NCBI GenBank assembly: GCA_964620125.1 | Contig: CAZUGQ010000003.1 | Location: 89,529 to 153,528 of the forward strand | Reading direction: 5' to 3' | Origin: an uncultured Hyphomicrobiales bacterium | GTDB taxonomy: Bacteria > Bacteroidota > Ignavibacteria > Kapaibacteriales > Kapaibacteriaceae | DNA: 64,000 nucleotides | Shown here: positions 30,086 to 39,785 of the stretch, piece by piece | Layout: each line of letters starts with the position of its first letter | How positions within the stretch are numbered: position 1 is the stretch's first letter | Made by a program: the position numbers and the translations under genes | The notes under the pieces: model-generated | What the model saw: the letters and a program-made list of their open reading frames with translations, nothing else | Database searches by the model: none | Told to the model about the DNA's origin: nothing

Positions 30086-33000
30086 ATGACGAGACCAATA
30101 GAATGTCTCGCCACAGGACGGCTTCGTAATAGAGCCGCCAGGGCAGTTTTTTTGCTCGTGGCAGCACTTTCGGCAGTCGTTGCAGCGATACCTATATATA
30201 CACAGCCGTATACCGATAACGTTGGTATCGGGACTGCATTGCCTGACCCCTCCGCCTTGCTCGAACTGCGCAGTTCAGAGAAAGGTTTCCTCATCCCGAG
30301 AATGACGCAGTTGGAGCGTGATGCCATTCAGCAGCCTGCAACAGGATTGCTCATCTTCAACTCCACTGCCAACGCCATTCAGTACAACATCGGTACCAAG
30401 TTCTCCCCGGTTTGGGTGAGCATGTTGTACATCAACGTCGACGGGGGATCAAGCTCCGGCGTGTTCTGGTCGCTTCTTGGCAACGACTCTGTTGATGCCA
30501 CGAAAAACTTCCTTGGAACGACCAACGACCAGCCGCTCATCTTAAAGACAGATAGTGTTACTCGGATGACGCTCACAGCTACCGGTGAGATCATCATCGA
30601 AGGGCCAACGAGCATCACGGGGCAGCTCGACCTTACGGGCATCACCTCGCCACTTACACTTGATGGCAATGCCGGCACACCCGGGCAAGTGCTCGTGAGC
30701 AACGGTCCTGGAGTAACACCCAGATATACGGATTCGCTCACCCTCAGCCAGCTCGTCACTACGGGTGACGTACTGGTCGGTGGTGACCTGGTAGTTAGTG
30801 GTAATGCCACATTTGTGGATACAGCCTACTTTGACGTGTTGCCGAGTATTCCCCTGAACTATGGCAACATTCTGGTTGGTGATTCTACCAACCGAGCTGT
30901 TCCGCTGGTGCCCGGCCTTGAGGGCTCGCTCATGCAGATTTCCAGTGGCAGACCGATGTGGATCAAGCCCGATGAAGCCGCATACTGGTCCATCACCGGC
31001 AATGCTGGCATGGGGTCGGCAAACTTCCTTGGCACCTTGGACGCGTCGGACCTTCAGCTGGCCAGCAACGGACAGCTTCGGGCCTCGATTACGGCACTTG
31101 GCCAGTTCAACATCCTGATTCCCACGAGCATTACCGGCAGTCTGGATCTCGTTGGTCCAAGCTCGCCGCTCGTTCTGCAAGGAAATGCTGGCATAGCCGG
31201 GCAGGTGCTCGTATCGCAGGGGCCGGGTACGACGCCTATATACTCCGATAGCCTCACCCTCCGATCGCTCACTGTTATTGGCCCGGCATTCTTTACCGAT
31301 ACGGTAAACTTTAGCCGACTACCTTCCATCCCGCTCAACAACAACCACTTGTTGGTAGGCAATGCCAATAATCTGGCAACCCCCTTTCCTCCAGGCGGCG
31401 ATAGTACCTTTCTAGCAATCTTCGATGGCAACGTTCAGTGGTTCGATCTTGGACTGTTACTCCGCAATACAGCCTGGATTGTGGGTGGTAACAGCAGTGT
31501 TGGCAGCCCTATCCTGGGTAATCTCGACACAACGGGCATGCGAGACCTTCACCTCTACGCAGGTGGCAAGCCCCTTCTCACGTTCGATGGCACCAACTAC
31601 ACCGCTGCCTTGGCTGCACCGCTCAACCTGCAGGGTGCAAGCACCTCCTTGTCACTTGACGGTGACCCTGGCATTGCCGGACAGGTATTGATCAGTCAGG
31701 GGGCTGGGGTTACGCCTCGGTATACGGACTCTCTCGTTCTTAGCTCACTTACCGTTACTGGCCAGAGCCGTTTCCAGGACACGGCCACGTTCGACGTGTT
31801 CCCCGTGTTCCCACTGCTTCATGGCAACATGATTGTAGGAGACAGCACCGGCAAAGCAAGGGTTCTTCCACCCGGACTCGAAGGCTCGCTCATGCAGGTG
31901 TACAATGGGCAACCAACCTGGGTTACTCCCGACGAGGCCAACTACTGGTCACTTGATGGTAATGCCGGTGTGGGCACATCGGCTTTTCTTGGAACCACCG
32001 ACGCTAACGACCTTCGCATTGGTACCAGCGGTGCTTTACGTGCCACCTTTACAGCCGGAGGTGTTCTGGACGTGCAGGTACCTACGACCATCACAGGTTC
32101 GTTGAACCTCGTTGGCCCAAACAGCCCCTTGCAGGTTAATGGTGATGCTGGCTTCAGCGGCTGGGTGTTGATTAGTCAGGGTATCAACCAAACACCGGCG
32201 TATACGGATTCGTTGGTACTGCGTGCAGCCGTGATCAACAGCAGTCTTACGCTTGCCGGTGTCAGTTCGGTGATCATGCTGAACGGCGATGCAGGCACGG
32301 CCGGACAGATCCTTGTATCGCAAGGACCGTCCGCCACGCCTCGGTACACAGACACTCTCACCCTTAGTTCCCTTACTGTAACCGGCGAAAGTTTCTTCCA
32401 GGATACGGCGCACTTTGCCGTGTTCCCGGATTTTCCGCTTCAGCACGGTTTCTTGATTACAGGCGACAGCACTAACAGAGCACGGCAGTTTGCCCCGGGT
32501 CTTGAAGGATCGCTTCTGCAGGTGTACAATGGCCAACCAACCTGGGTAAGTCCGGACGAAGCCAACTACTGGTCTCTTGACGGTAACGCCGGTGTGGGTC
32601 CCACGGCCTTCCTGGGCACCACTGATGCCAACGACTTGCGTATCGGTACAAACGGTGCCTTACGAGCAACCTTTACGGCAACAGGCCTTCTGGATATTCA
32701 GGTGCCTACAAGTATCACAGGCTCCCTAAACCTGGCAGGTTCTTCTTCTCCGTTGTTGCTCAACAGTGATGCGGGGGTATCTGGCTGGGTACTCATCAGT
32801 CAGGGGCCTGCACAAACACCAGTATATACAGACTCATTGCTGCTTCGGGCCGTTGTTGTTAACAGTAGTCTCACGCTCGACGGTCCGTCTACCGAATTTT
32901 TCCTAAACGGTGATGCTGGCGCATCCGGCCAGGTACTCATTTCGCAGGGGCCCGGAGCCACGCCACGATATACGGATACATTGTCGCTCGGATCACTCAC

Positions 33001-33688
33001 AGTAACCGGTGAGAGTTACTTCGTAGACACGGCGCACTTCAGCGTATTCCCGGACTTCCCACTCGAGCATGGTTATCTCATTGTAGGCGATAGCACCAAC
33101 ACTGCCGTTCCGTTTGCTCCCGGACTTGAAGGTTCACTTCTGCAGGTCTACAACGGTCAGCCCACGTGGGTAAGCCCCGACGAAGCGCAGTACTGGTCGT
33201 TATCCGGCAACGCAGGTGTTGGTCCCGCTGCATTCCTTGGTACCACCGACGCCAATGACCTACGTTTTGGCACCAATGGTGGACTGCGAATGACGATCGG
33301 TGCCGTTGATGGAGCCGTAACCATTGAGAGTTTATCGGGTGTGCCTTCCACAGCCCCCTTAACAGCAAATGATGGATTAGTGATTGCCGATGGATCTGGT
33401 ACTATTACGAAAAGGGATAAGAGTGTACTTCTGGACCTGCTGGGTATAGCGGCTGGTCGATTCGAGAATACGGGCGCAACCACGCAATTCAACGTGGTGA
33501 TCAATATTCCTGGTGGGTTCCAAATGGATCCTGCCGCGAGCATTACCATTACGCCAGAAGCCACGAGCAGTGTGAGCATCACACCATTTGTGGTCGCGGG
33601 CAGCCGCACGCCAACGTCGTTCACCATCAACTTTCCGGGTGGCCTTGATCCGGGAGAAGCCATCAACTGGCTGGTAAAGAACCCCTGA
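30086..33688 (+). CDS. secreted fibre-like protein: signal peptide, N-terminal tail-fibre-like motif, six ~190-aa internal repeats, C-terminal WLVKNP-class module
   Basis: ORF 30029 trimmed to MTRPIECLATGRLRNRAARAVFLLVAALSAVVAAI. Motifs VGIGTALPDPSALLELRSSEKGFLIPRMTQLERDAI and NFLGTTD...L.I.T......R..I. The units containing TGSLNLVGPNSPL...GDAG..G.VLISQG......YTDSL.L..L.V.G...F.DTA.F.VFP.FPL.HG..I.GDST......PGLEGSL.QVYNGQPTWV.PDEANYWSL.GNAGVG are repeated six times. Confidence 0.75.
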   Translation: MTRPIECLATGRLRNRAARAVFLLVAALSAVVAAIPIYTQPYTDNVGIGTALPDPSALLELRSSEKGFLIPRMTQLERDAIQQPATGLLIFNSTANAIQYNIGTKFSPVWVSMLYINVDGGSSSGVFWSLLGNDSVDATKNFLGTTNDQPLILKTDSVTRMTLTATGEIIIEGPTSITGQLDLTGITSPLTLDGNAGTPGQVLVSNGPGVTPRYTDSLTLSQLVTTGDVLVGGDLVVSGNATFVDTAYFDVLPSIPLNYGNILVGDSTNRAVPLVPGLEGSLMQISSGRPMWIKPDEAAYWSITGNAGMGSANFLGTLDASDLQLASNGQLRASITALGQFNILIPTSITGSLDLVGPSSPLVLQGNAGIAGQVLVSQGPGTTPIYSDSLTLRSLTVIGPAFFTDTVNFSRLPSIPLNNNHLLVGNANNLATPFPPGGDSTFLAIFDGNVQWFDLGLLLRNTAWIVGGNSSVGSPILGNLDTTGMRDLHLYAGGKPLLTFDGTNYTAALAAPLNLQGASTSLSLDGDPGIAGQVLISQGAGVTPRYTDSLVLSSLTVTGQSRFQDTATFDVFPVFPLLHGNMIVGDSTGKARVLPPGLEGSLMQVYNGQPTWVTPDEANYWSLDGNAGVGTSAFLGTTDANDLRIGTSGALRATFTAGGVLDVQVPTTITGSLNLVGPNSPLQVNGDAGFSGWVLISQGINQTPAYTDSLVLRAAVINSSLTLAGVSSVIMLNGDAGTAGQILVSQGPSATPRYTDTLTLSSLTVTGESFFQDTAHFAVFPDFPLQHGFLITGDSTNRARQFAPGLEGSLLQVYNGQPTWVSPDEANYWSLDGNAGVGPTAFLGTTDANDLRIGTNGALRATFTATGLLDIQVPTSITGSLNLAGSSSPLLLNSDAGVSGWVLISQGPAQTPVYTDSLLLRAVVVNSSLTLDGPSTEFFLNGDAGASGQVLISQGPGATPRYTDTLSLGSLTVTGESYFVDTAHFSVFPDFPLEHGYLIVGDSTNTAVPFAPGLEGSLLQVYNGQPTWVSPDEAQYWSLSGNAGVGPAAFLGTTDANDLRFGTNGGLRMTIGAVDGAVTIESLSGVPSTAPLTANDGLVIADGSGTITKRDKSVLLDLLGIAAGRFENTGATTQFNVVINIPGGFQMDPAASITITPEATSSVSITPFVVAGSRTPTSFTINFPGGLDPGEAINWLVKNP

Positions 33689-33833
33689 TCCGTTCACTTT
33701 TCGACTGACCTCGATGAACGCAAACCAATCAACCTCACTGACCTCATTTCTTCACACAACGGGAGTGCTTACCATGAAAACAAACAAGGGTAAAGAACCC
33801 ATCATTTCTATCCACAATACATGGAGAACATCC

Positions 33834-34772
33834 ATGACATTCAATTCACTTTGGAAGGGGCTTGCCATTGCGGCTACCCTGTTCCTTATCGGCTCGGAAG
33901 CTTTTGCTCAGCTTCCTGTACGGACGCGTCAGTTGGAGATGCTAGGCACCACTGCTGGTCGCCTGCTGTTCGATACTCCAGCTACCATAACGAACTACAC
34001 TGTTACTTGGCCAGCGAATGCTACTGGATTCCTCGCTGATGGTGATACAGCCATCATCGTTGGTGTGCGAACAGCCGCTAACGACATTGATCTCGGCTGG
34101 AGACAGGTAACCGGTGACCTGATCGACGGTATCGGTACAGCTGGTCAGGTAGCTTGGTTCCAAGATGCCAACACAATCGTGTCGGATGGAGGCTTCACAT
34201 ACAACTCGGCAACGCAGGATGTTGGAGTTGGTAATGACGTGAACGCTGGCAACGACGTGAATGCTGCCAACGACGTAGATGCTGCTAACGACGTCCGTGC
34301 AGGCACCACCATTACCCTTGATGGTTCTGCCGGTGACATCGTTTTTAATGGAGTTACGCTGCAATCTGGAACTTCCACGGGAACTACGATTGCGTTCGAC
34401 AACGCACCAAACGGAGGAAGCTATTACGTCACTCCATCTACAAACCCTGCAATTCTGGCAACGGATGGATACATCCTTGTATCAAACGGAGATGGTACTG
34501 CAACCTGGATTGCTAACCCTGCTTCCGGATTCAAGGCAGGTGTGTACACGCATGCTGGTGCAGACACGTACACGGTAAACATCACCTTTACGAACGCATA
34601 CCCTGCACTTACTGTGCCTTCGGTTACGCTTACCTACTTCGATGCCACAAACGCCAACATCGTTCAAGCCACAGCGATATCGAACACAGGGTTCACGATT
34701 ACAAGCACAGCACCAATCGTTGCTGGTGATGCAATAAGCTGGATGGCAAGCTCACCGGTTGACCTTCCATAA
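33834..34772 (+). CDS. secreted protein, member of the fibre-array family (short form)
   Basis: Signal peptide MTFNSLWKGLAIAATLFLIGSEAFA followed by QLPVRTRQLEMLG, which is shared with the next gene. Has VNAGNDVNAANDV repeats. C-terminus ...DAISWMASSPVDLP. Confidence 0.65.
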   Translation: MTFNSLWKGLAIAATLFLIGSEAFAQLPVRTRQLEMLGTTAGRLLFDTPATITNYTVTWPANATGFLADGDTAIIVGVRTAANDIDLGWRQVTGDLIDGIGTAGQVAWFQDANTIVSDGGFTYNSATQDVGVGNDVNAGNDVNAANDVDAANDVRAGTTITLDGSAGDIVFNGVTLQSGTSTGTTIAFDNAPNGGSYYVTPSTNPAILATDGYILVSNGDGTATWIANPASGFKAGVYTHAGADTYTVNITFTNAYPALTVPSVTLTYFDATNANIVQATAISNTGFTITSTAPIVAGDAISWMASSPVDLP

Positions 34773-34782
34773 CACTCTCCGT

Positions 34783-34838
34783 CCGGGGGCGCAGCCCCCG
34801 GCTTCTGGAGGGCAGGCAACGCCCTGCCTTCCAGAAGC
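34783..34838 (+). terminator. two consecutive GC-rich hairpins between tandem paralogs (CCGGGGGCGCAGCCCCCGG; CTTCTGGAGGGCAGGCAACGCCCTGCCTTCCAGAAG)
   Basis: Direct reading: 8-bp and ~15-bp stems immediately after the stop of the 33834 gene and 9 nt before the GTG of the 34847 gene. No T-run, so this is an attenuator/partial terminator or an RNA-processing structure. Confidence 0.4.
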
Positions 34839-34846
34839 TACATACA

Positions 34847-36472
34847 GTGAAGCTACGCGCCTACCATAGCCCCCTTTCAATCAGCATCATCGTGATGATG
34901 GTGGCGGTGTGCATTGTGCCCATACAGGCACAGTTGCCGGTGCGTACGCGGCAGGTGCAGCTATTGTCGAACAACAACACCAACTACACGACACTACGGA
35001 GTGCCGACGGGCAAACCACAAACTGGAGCCTGATCCAGCCGACGACGGTAGGGACAACCGGTAGTCTGCAGTTGAGTACGGTTACTGGTTCCGATGCACA
35101 GTTAAGTTGGCTTGCACCGGGATTGCCGGGGTACATCCTAGGCCTTGCGGCTGGCATTCCAGCCTGGGTGGATCCTGCCACATACCTGAGTGGTAGCTTC
35201 TGGGCGCTTACCGGCAACGCCGCCACCAACCCGGCTACCAACTTTCTTGGCACCACCGATGCGCAGCCTCTGGTGATTCGTACCAATGCCACCGAGGCCA
35301 TGCGAGTACTGAGCACAGGGCAGGTAGGTATTGGGACGGCAACACCTGGTGAGTTGCTTGAGGTGGAAGACGGCAACGTTCTCATCGGAACCAGTGCGGC
35401 AGGCAGCACGGGTGAGTTGCGCTTGGAAGAAGCGGGTGCCAATGGCAACAATTACGTAGGCTTCCAGGCAGCCGATGCCATGGCTGCGAATACAACGTAC
35501 ACGTTGCCGGATGCCTACCCATCGGTAAACAACTACGTGTTGGCTGCCACAACGGCTGGAGTAATGAACTGGCAGGATGCCAATGCATTGGTAGACAACT
35601 TCTGGTCGCTTGACGGTAATGCGGGAACCAACCCAGCCACACAGTACCTGGGCACGCAGGATGCACAACCACTTGTGATTCGTACCAATGCCACCGAGGC
35701 CGTGCGCATTAATGCCACCGGTGAGGTAGGCATTGGCACTACGGCTGCGGCGGGCTACCTACTGCATGTGGATGGCACGGCCGGTACACCGAACATTCGG
35801 TTTACAAGCGTGAGCGGAATTGCCAATGCAAGCATACCGGGAGGATTCGATAGGGTACTGATTTCTGATGCAACAGGCAATGTAGACCAGGCTTCGTATG
35901 CAGCTGTTGTTGGTACCACTGCATGGACACTGACCGGAAACGCCGGTACCAGCGTGGCTACAAACTTTGTTGGTACCACGGACAATGTTGGCCTGGTGTT
36001 CCGAACAAACAATACCGAAGTTGCACGCTTCAATGCGACGGGGGAGTTTGGTTTGGGTACCACTGCAGCAGCAGGATATCGGTTGCATGTTGCAGGCACA
36101 GGCGGCACGCCAAACGTAAGGATTGCAAGCCTGTCGTCGGACGCAGCAACAGTGCCCTCGGGTGAAGGCGTCGTCACTGCCGATGCCAACGGTGATCTGC
36201 GCCGACGCAGTGCTAATGACCTGTACACAATTCTGGGTATCGGCAGGGGCATCTACACGCCGGGTGCCGCAGGCAGCTCGTTTACTGTAACAACTACCGG
36301 ATTCGACATTGCTGCCGGTGCAACCGTAAACATTACGGTGTTCGGACCAACAGGTGGTGCCGTTCATGCTATGCTCACTTCGATTAGTGCCGCTACAGAC
36401 CAATTCTCCTTTACCACGTCTGCCACGATCGACGCCACCTACAGCATTCACTGGATGATCTTCAACCCGTGA
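34847..36472 (+). CDS. secreted tail-fibre-like repeat protein (fibre-array family)
   Basis: Signal peptide MKLRAYHSPLSISIIVMMVAVCIVPIQA + QLPVRTRQVQLL. Two copies of FW.L.GNA.TNPAT.[FY]LGT.DAQPLVIRTNATEA.R....G.VGIGT. Repeated VDGTAGTPN.R..S.S modules. C-terminus ...YSIHWMIFNP. Confidence 0.7.
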   Translation: MKLRAYHSPLSISIIVMMVAVCIVPIQAQLPVRTRQVQLLSNNNTNYTTLRSADGQTTNWSLIQPTTVGTTGSLQLSTVTGSDAQLSWLAPGLPGYILGLAAGIPAWVDPATYLSGSFWALTGNAATNPATNFLGTTDAQPLVIRTNATEAMRVLSTGQVGIGTATPGELLEVEDGNVLIGTSAAGSTGELRLEEAGANGNNYVGFQAADAMAANTTYTLPDAYPSVNNYVLAATTAGVMNWQDANALVDNFWSLDGNAGTNPATQYLGTQDAQPLVIRTNATEAVRINATGEVGIGTTAAAGYLLHVDGTAGTPNIRFTSVSGIANASIPGGFDRVLISDATGNVDQASYAAVVGTTAWTLTGNAGTSVATNFVGTTDNVGLVFRTNNTEVARFNATGEFGLGTTAAAGYRLHVAGTGGTPNVRIASLSSDAATVPSGEGVVTADANGDLRRRSANDLYTILGIGRGIYTPGAAGSSFTVTTTGFDIAAGATVNITVFGPTGGAVHAMLTSISAATDQFSFTTSATIDATYSIHWMIFNP

Positions 36473-36513
36473 TAAGCACAACTCACGATAGGAAACCTTC
36501 AATTCTCACTGGT

Positions 36514-39500
36514 ATGAGATACAGTCCACGGCTAGAGCAAACGTGCAGCCGGTTGTTGGCTGTGCTTCTCGTTGTCTGGTTACTACTGGCCGGTACGGGC
36601 ATGACGTTGGCTCAGGGCACACTTACGGATTCACTCATCCTCCGGAACGCTACGAACGGACGCCTAACGTTTGCACCGAACACTGCAACAACGCCTGCAG
36701 GATCATGGAGGCTTACATGGCCTCAAAGCGCTGGTAGCACAGGGTCGATCCTGTACGGAACGCTAACCGGAAGTGATGTGGCGCTAAGCTGGTTGGCCCC
36801 TGGTATCAACGGACAGGTCTTAACGTTAAGTGGCGGTGTGCCAACGTGGGCTTCTGCGCCAAACTGGCTAACTACTGGCAATGCTGGCTTGAACACGGGA
36901 TCTCTCGGATCTCCGGGTCCGAACTACCTGGGCACCAATGATGCACAAGACTTGCCGTTCGTTGTGAACAGTATCGAACGTATGCGCATTCGTAACGGTA
37001 GCTTTATTGACTGGCGCAACATTGTAACCGCGGCTGGTGGGCATACCGGCACTGTACTGACGCTTGACTACAGAACAGCCACAGGTGGTCCATACACGCA
37101 AAGCGGAACTACGCGAGGTCATTGGGTAAGCCCTGTCCTTGGCGGTGCCGGACTTGGTACGGCAAGCTCGGGTACGATTGTTTCATTTTTCTCGCAGTAT
37201 GATATTCAGGCAGCCGGCGACAACACAGGTTCCCTCATTGGTTTTCAGTCGCGTTACAACGTCAACGCCTCCTCGGGTGGGGTGTCTGGCGAAGCTATTG
37301 CGTTTAACGCAACACTGCAGATGCCCGGAGGAACTATTGCCAATCATTACGGTTTCAGGGAAAACGACATTACGGCTGCTGGCACAATCACCAACAAGTG
37401 GGGCTTCCGCGCCACCCCGCCGGGAAGTGCAACCAATTATGTTGGTGTGCAGATAGATAACATTGGCTTGAGTGGATCGCAACGCCGCAGACCTTTCTTC
37501 TACAATGCCACGAACCTTAACGAGCAGTTTTTGGTAAACGGTGCCGGCTTTATGGCTCTTGGCGACAGTTCACTGTCTGCAAAGTTTGTGATTGCCGATA
37601 ACGCAGCCCGCACGGCGGCTTTCACAGGGCAGTTAATCAATAACTTTGCTACCAGTTCAACCGCTGCAATCAACAAGATTGGCCTCGACATTGCGAGTAC
37701 AGGCTCCTGGACAGGGCTTGCGGCAACCAACATCGGTTTGCGCGTGCTTGTGTCGGGTGGCACAACGAACTATGCTGCTACATTCACGGGTGGCAACGTT
37801 GGTGTTGGTACAACCGCACCTGCCGCAGCATTCCATGTTGATGGCACAGCTGGCACGCCCAACGTTCGGCTTACGAGCGTAAGTGGTGCAGCAGCTGGCA
37901 CCGTTCCTCTTGGGTACGATCGGGTGTTGATTGCAAACAACACAGGCGACGTTAACCAGGCCAGCTACAACGCCGTTGTGGGAACAACTGCATGGTTGTT
38001 GGCTGGTAACTCCATAACCGCCAGTTGGGATGGAATCACTGGCTCGTTCCTTGGCACTACCAATACACAGGATCTTGTTCTCAACACCAATAACGTATTC
38101 AGAGCGCGCCTGGTTGGTGGTGCCGTCAACACAGGTAACCTCGTGCTAGGCACTACGGCTGCATCGCCAACAAACTCGACTGCAGCAAGTGCTACGGACA
38201 GGCTCACCGTGCTGGGTGGCGACATTTCTCTGAACTCCGAAACCAACAGCGCAATTACCCGCCAGATACTGTTCCGAGGAACTTCCGGGGCTGGCAACTT
38301 CCGCGTTGGTGCCGATGGTGGCGACATCTTCTGGCAAGGCGGCGGTGGACAGCAACTTCAGATGGGTTCCTTTTGGGGAATCCAGCTTCTTGGCCAGCGC
38401 GGCGTTGTTGGTTTCCCTGCATTCGCCGCTGGAGCAGCAGCAAACCCGCATGTAAACGTCATCCTTCAGCAGAATGCTGTCACCGGTCTAGCAATTACAC
38501 CAACACTCACCTTCACGGCAAACCAGCAGGAATGGCGAAACAATGCTGGCACAGCATTAAGTGTGGTGAATGCTAGCGGCAACTTCGGCTTAGGCGTTAT
38601 TACAGGAATCACTGCAAAGTTGCAGGTGAATGCCAACACTACTTCCGGAAATGCCATCCAATTGGATCCACACGGCGTCGCCGCTGGGAATACGAGTCAG
38701 ATTCGCTTCCTGGAGTTGGCAGCAAATGGCACCAACTATGCAGCCTTCAGGAGTGCCGACAACATGGCTGCAAACAACATTTACACACTTCCAGCGAGTG
38801 TTGGAACAGCCGGTCAAACATTAACGATTGCCTCCGTTACTGGTACGGATGCAACGCTTACGTGGAGTACGGCAGGTTCCAGCATTCACGAAGAAGTAAC
38901 AGCCGGCACGGGCGACATTCGTCGGCGCGTGGCCTACACCAACGGTACTGTTGGCAACCCTGGTGATTATGCCAACGACTTCATGGGAGTGCGAACTGCA
39001 GCAACCATGACGGCTTCTGGAAACTACTCTGGAATTTTAACCGGTACCTCCAATACAGCCTCAGGGCAGTACTCTCTTGTGGTTGGTGGTGCAAGCAACC
39101 AGGCAACCAATAGCTATTCCTCAGTGCTTGGCGGATCGTTCAATATCGTCGGCGGACAATACTCCTTTGTCGGTTCAGGAACAAGCAACAACGTTAGTGG
39201 TAATTACTCTGCCGTACCCGGTGGGGCATCAAACAACGTGTCCAGTAACTACAGTCTTACTGCTGGCCAATTAAACTCCGTATCTGGGAACAACACATTT
39301 GTTTTTGGATACGGTGCTAGCGTTTCGCAAAGCAACAGTGTTGTGTTCAACTTCCCAACGGCAGGCACTGATGCTACCCGAGTTGGCATCAACACCAACT
39401 CACCAAACACCAACCTAGACGTAGACGGTGGTGTGGCCATACGTCCACCTGCCAACGTGCAAATCAACGCCAACGGTGCGACGCTTACGCCCGGTCACCG

Positions 39501-39744
39501 CTCGTACATTGTCCTAGACCCAAATGGAGGTGACAGGACCGGACTCATCCTTGCAAACGGCGTCCAAACTGGACAAATCCTCATTCTTAGAATCCTTGAA
39601 ACTTCCGGTAACTTCATTCAACTTCCCGATGCCGGTGCCAACAATGCATCTCTAACTGGTAACTGGGTTGGAAGAGCCGATGATACCATAACGCTCATCT
39701 GGTCTGGTGTGGACTGGGTAGAGCTTTCGCGAAGCAACAACTAA
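36514..39744 (+). CDS. large secreted beta-helical fibre/adhesin-like protein with C-terminal WVELSRSNN module
   Basis: ORF 36469 trimmed to MRYSPRLEQTCSRLLAVLLVVWLLLAGTGMTLAQG. N-terminal module (SWRLTWPQSAGSTGSILYGTLTGSDVALSWLAPG) is shared with the 34847 gene. YadA-like GNYSGILTGTSNTASGQYSLVVGGASNQATNSYSSVLGG repeats. C-terminal ...TGLILANGVQTGQIL...LPDAGANNASLTGNWVGRADDTITLIWSGVDWVELSRSNN. Confidence 0.75.
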   Translation: MRYSPRLEQTCSRLLAVLLVVWLLLAGTGMTLAQGTLTDSLILRNATNGRLTFAPNTATTPAGSWRLTWPQSAGSTGSILYGTLTGSDVALSWLAPGINGQVLTLSGGVPTWASAPNWLTTGNAGLNTGSLGSPGPNYLGTNDAQDLPFVVNSIERMRIRNGSFIDWRNIVTAAGGHTGTVLTLDYRTATGGPYTQSGTTRGHWVSPVLGGAGLGTASSGTIVSFFSQYDIQAAGDNTGSLIGFQSRYNVNASSGGVSGEAIAFNATLQMPGGTIANHYGFRENDITAAGTITNKWGFRATPPGSATNYVGVQIDNIGLSGSQRRRPFFYNATNLNEQFLVNGAGFMALGDSSLSAKFVIADNAARTAAFTGQLINNFATSSTAAINKIGLDIASTGSWTGLAATNIGLRVLVSGGTTNYAATFTGGNVGVGTTAPAAAFHVDGTAGTPNVRLTSVSGAAAGTVPLGYDRVLIANNTGDVNQASYNAVVGTTAWLLAGNSITASWDGITGSFLGTTNTQDLVLNTNNVFRARLVGGAVNTGNLVLGTTAASPTNSTAASATDRLTVLGGDISLNSETNSAITRQILFRGTSGAGNFRVGADGGDIFWQGGGGQQLQMGSFWGIQLLGQRGVVGFPAFAAGAAANPHVNVILQQNAVTGLAITPTLTFTANQQEWRNNAGTALSVVNASGNFGLGVITGITAKLQVNANTTSGNAIQLDPHGVAAGNTSQIRFLELAANGTNYAAFRSADNMAANNIYTLPASVGTAGQTLTIASVTGTDATLTWSTAGSSIHEEVTAGTGDIRRRVAYTNGTVGNPGDYANDFMGVRTAATMTASGNYSGILTGTSNTASGQYSLVVGGASNQATNSYSSVLGGSFNIVGGQYSFVGSGTSNNVSGNYSAVPGGASNNVSSNYSLTAGQLNSVSGNNTFVFGYGASVSQSNSVVFNFPTAGTDATRVGINTNSPNTNLDVDGGVAIRPPANVQINANGATLTPGHRSYIVLDPNGGDRTGLILANGVQTGQILILRILETSGNFIQLPDAGANNASLTGNWVGRADDTITLIWSGVDWVELSRSNN

Positions 39745-39785
39745 CAACACCAACAGGATTTTTTCGGGAACACAGGAGAACCACG

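Noticed and set aside
35138-36502. Long minus-strand ORFs (247 aa, 176 aa, 165 aa) inside the fibre genes, and the 195-aa Thr/Ala-rich ORF at 42278..42865
   Set aside because: Mirror-frame artefacts of Gly/Asn/Thr-rich repeat coding on the plus strand. No signal of independent starts, and the plus-strand genes have coherent signal peptides and domain structure.
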